From NCBI RefSeq assembly GCF_964204865.1, contig NC_135262.1, forward strand, positions 15,190,001 to 15,254,000: a stretch of 64,000 nt of DNA, in the 5' to 3' direction. The translations under genes and the position numbers were made by a program. Below are positions 63,921 through 64,000 of the stretch, one piece after another (the first letter of the stretch is position 1; each line of letters begins with the position of its first letter). The stretch is from Styela clava. Its lineage: Eukaryota. The notes under the pieces were generated by a model. That model was given only the letters and a program-made list of their open reading frames with translations, searched no databases and was not told the origin of the DNA.

Positions 63921-64000
63921 ATCGTTTCCCAAACTGTGTTCCGCGGAACACTACTGTTCCGCGAGCCTCTTCCAAGTGTTCCGTAGAAAATAATTCAAAA
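63920..64000. mobile_element. Left end of a hAT-like element running off the window
   Basis: cgtttcccaaactgtgttccgcggaacac with tgttccg subterminal repeats; RTE homology stops exactly here. Confidence 0.6.

Overview
AT-rich, intron-containing animal genomic DNA. The compact GT-AG introns and repeat families suggest an invertebrate, possibly a tunicate, but that is inference. Four spliced genes could be assembled by hand. (1) A 9-exon orphan class A GPCR (+, 6311-10809, 366 aa) sits in a tandem array; a neighbouring copy has collapsed to a last-exon remnant. (2) A ~24-exon EF-hand plus WD40 protein of the WDY/EFCAB8/WDR49 type (-, 18351-35538, ~1,150 aa). (3, 4) Two tandem paralogous secreted proteins (+, 37577-42630 and 48822-54296) have the layout signal peptide-EGF-WAP-EGF-WAP-short hydrophobic motif-2 or 3 copies of an 8-Cys module I cannot name; all their introns are phase 1. 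Introns and intergenic DNA hold many transposons: hAT elements with perfect 8-bp TSDs, GG-ended 8-bp-TSD MITEs, Tc1/mariner remnants, CR1-group, Tx1/L1 and RTE LINE fragments, and Helentron-like repeats. One intron carries a Penelope-type minimal hammerhead motif enclosed by 29-bp inverted repeats. I saw no rRNA, tRNA or CRISPR features. All gene models come from manual splicing and are not confirmed by transcripts.
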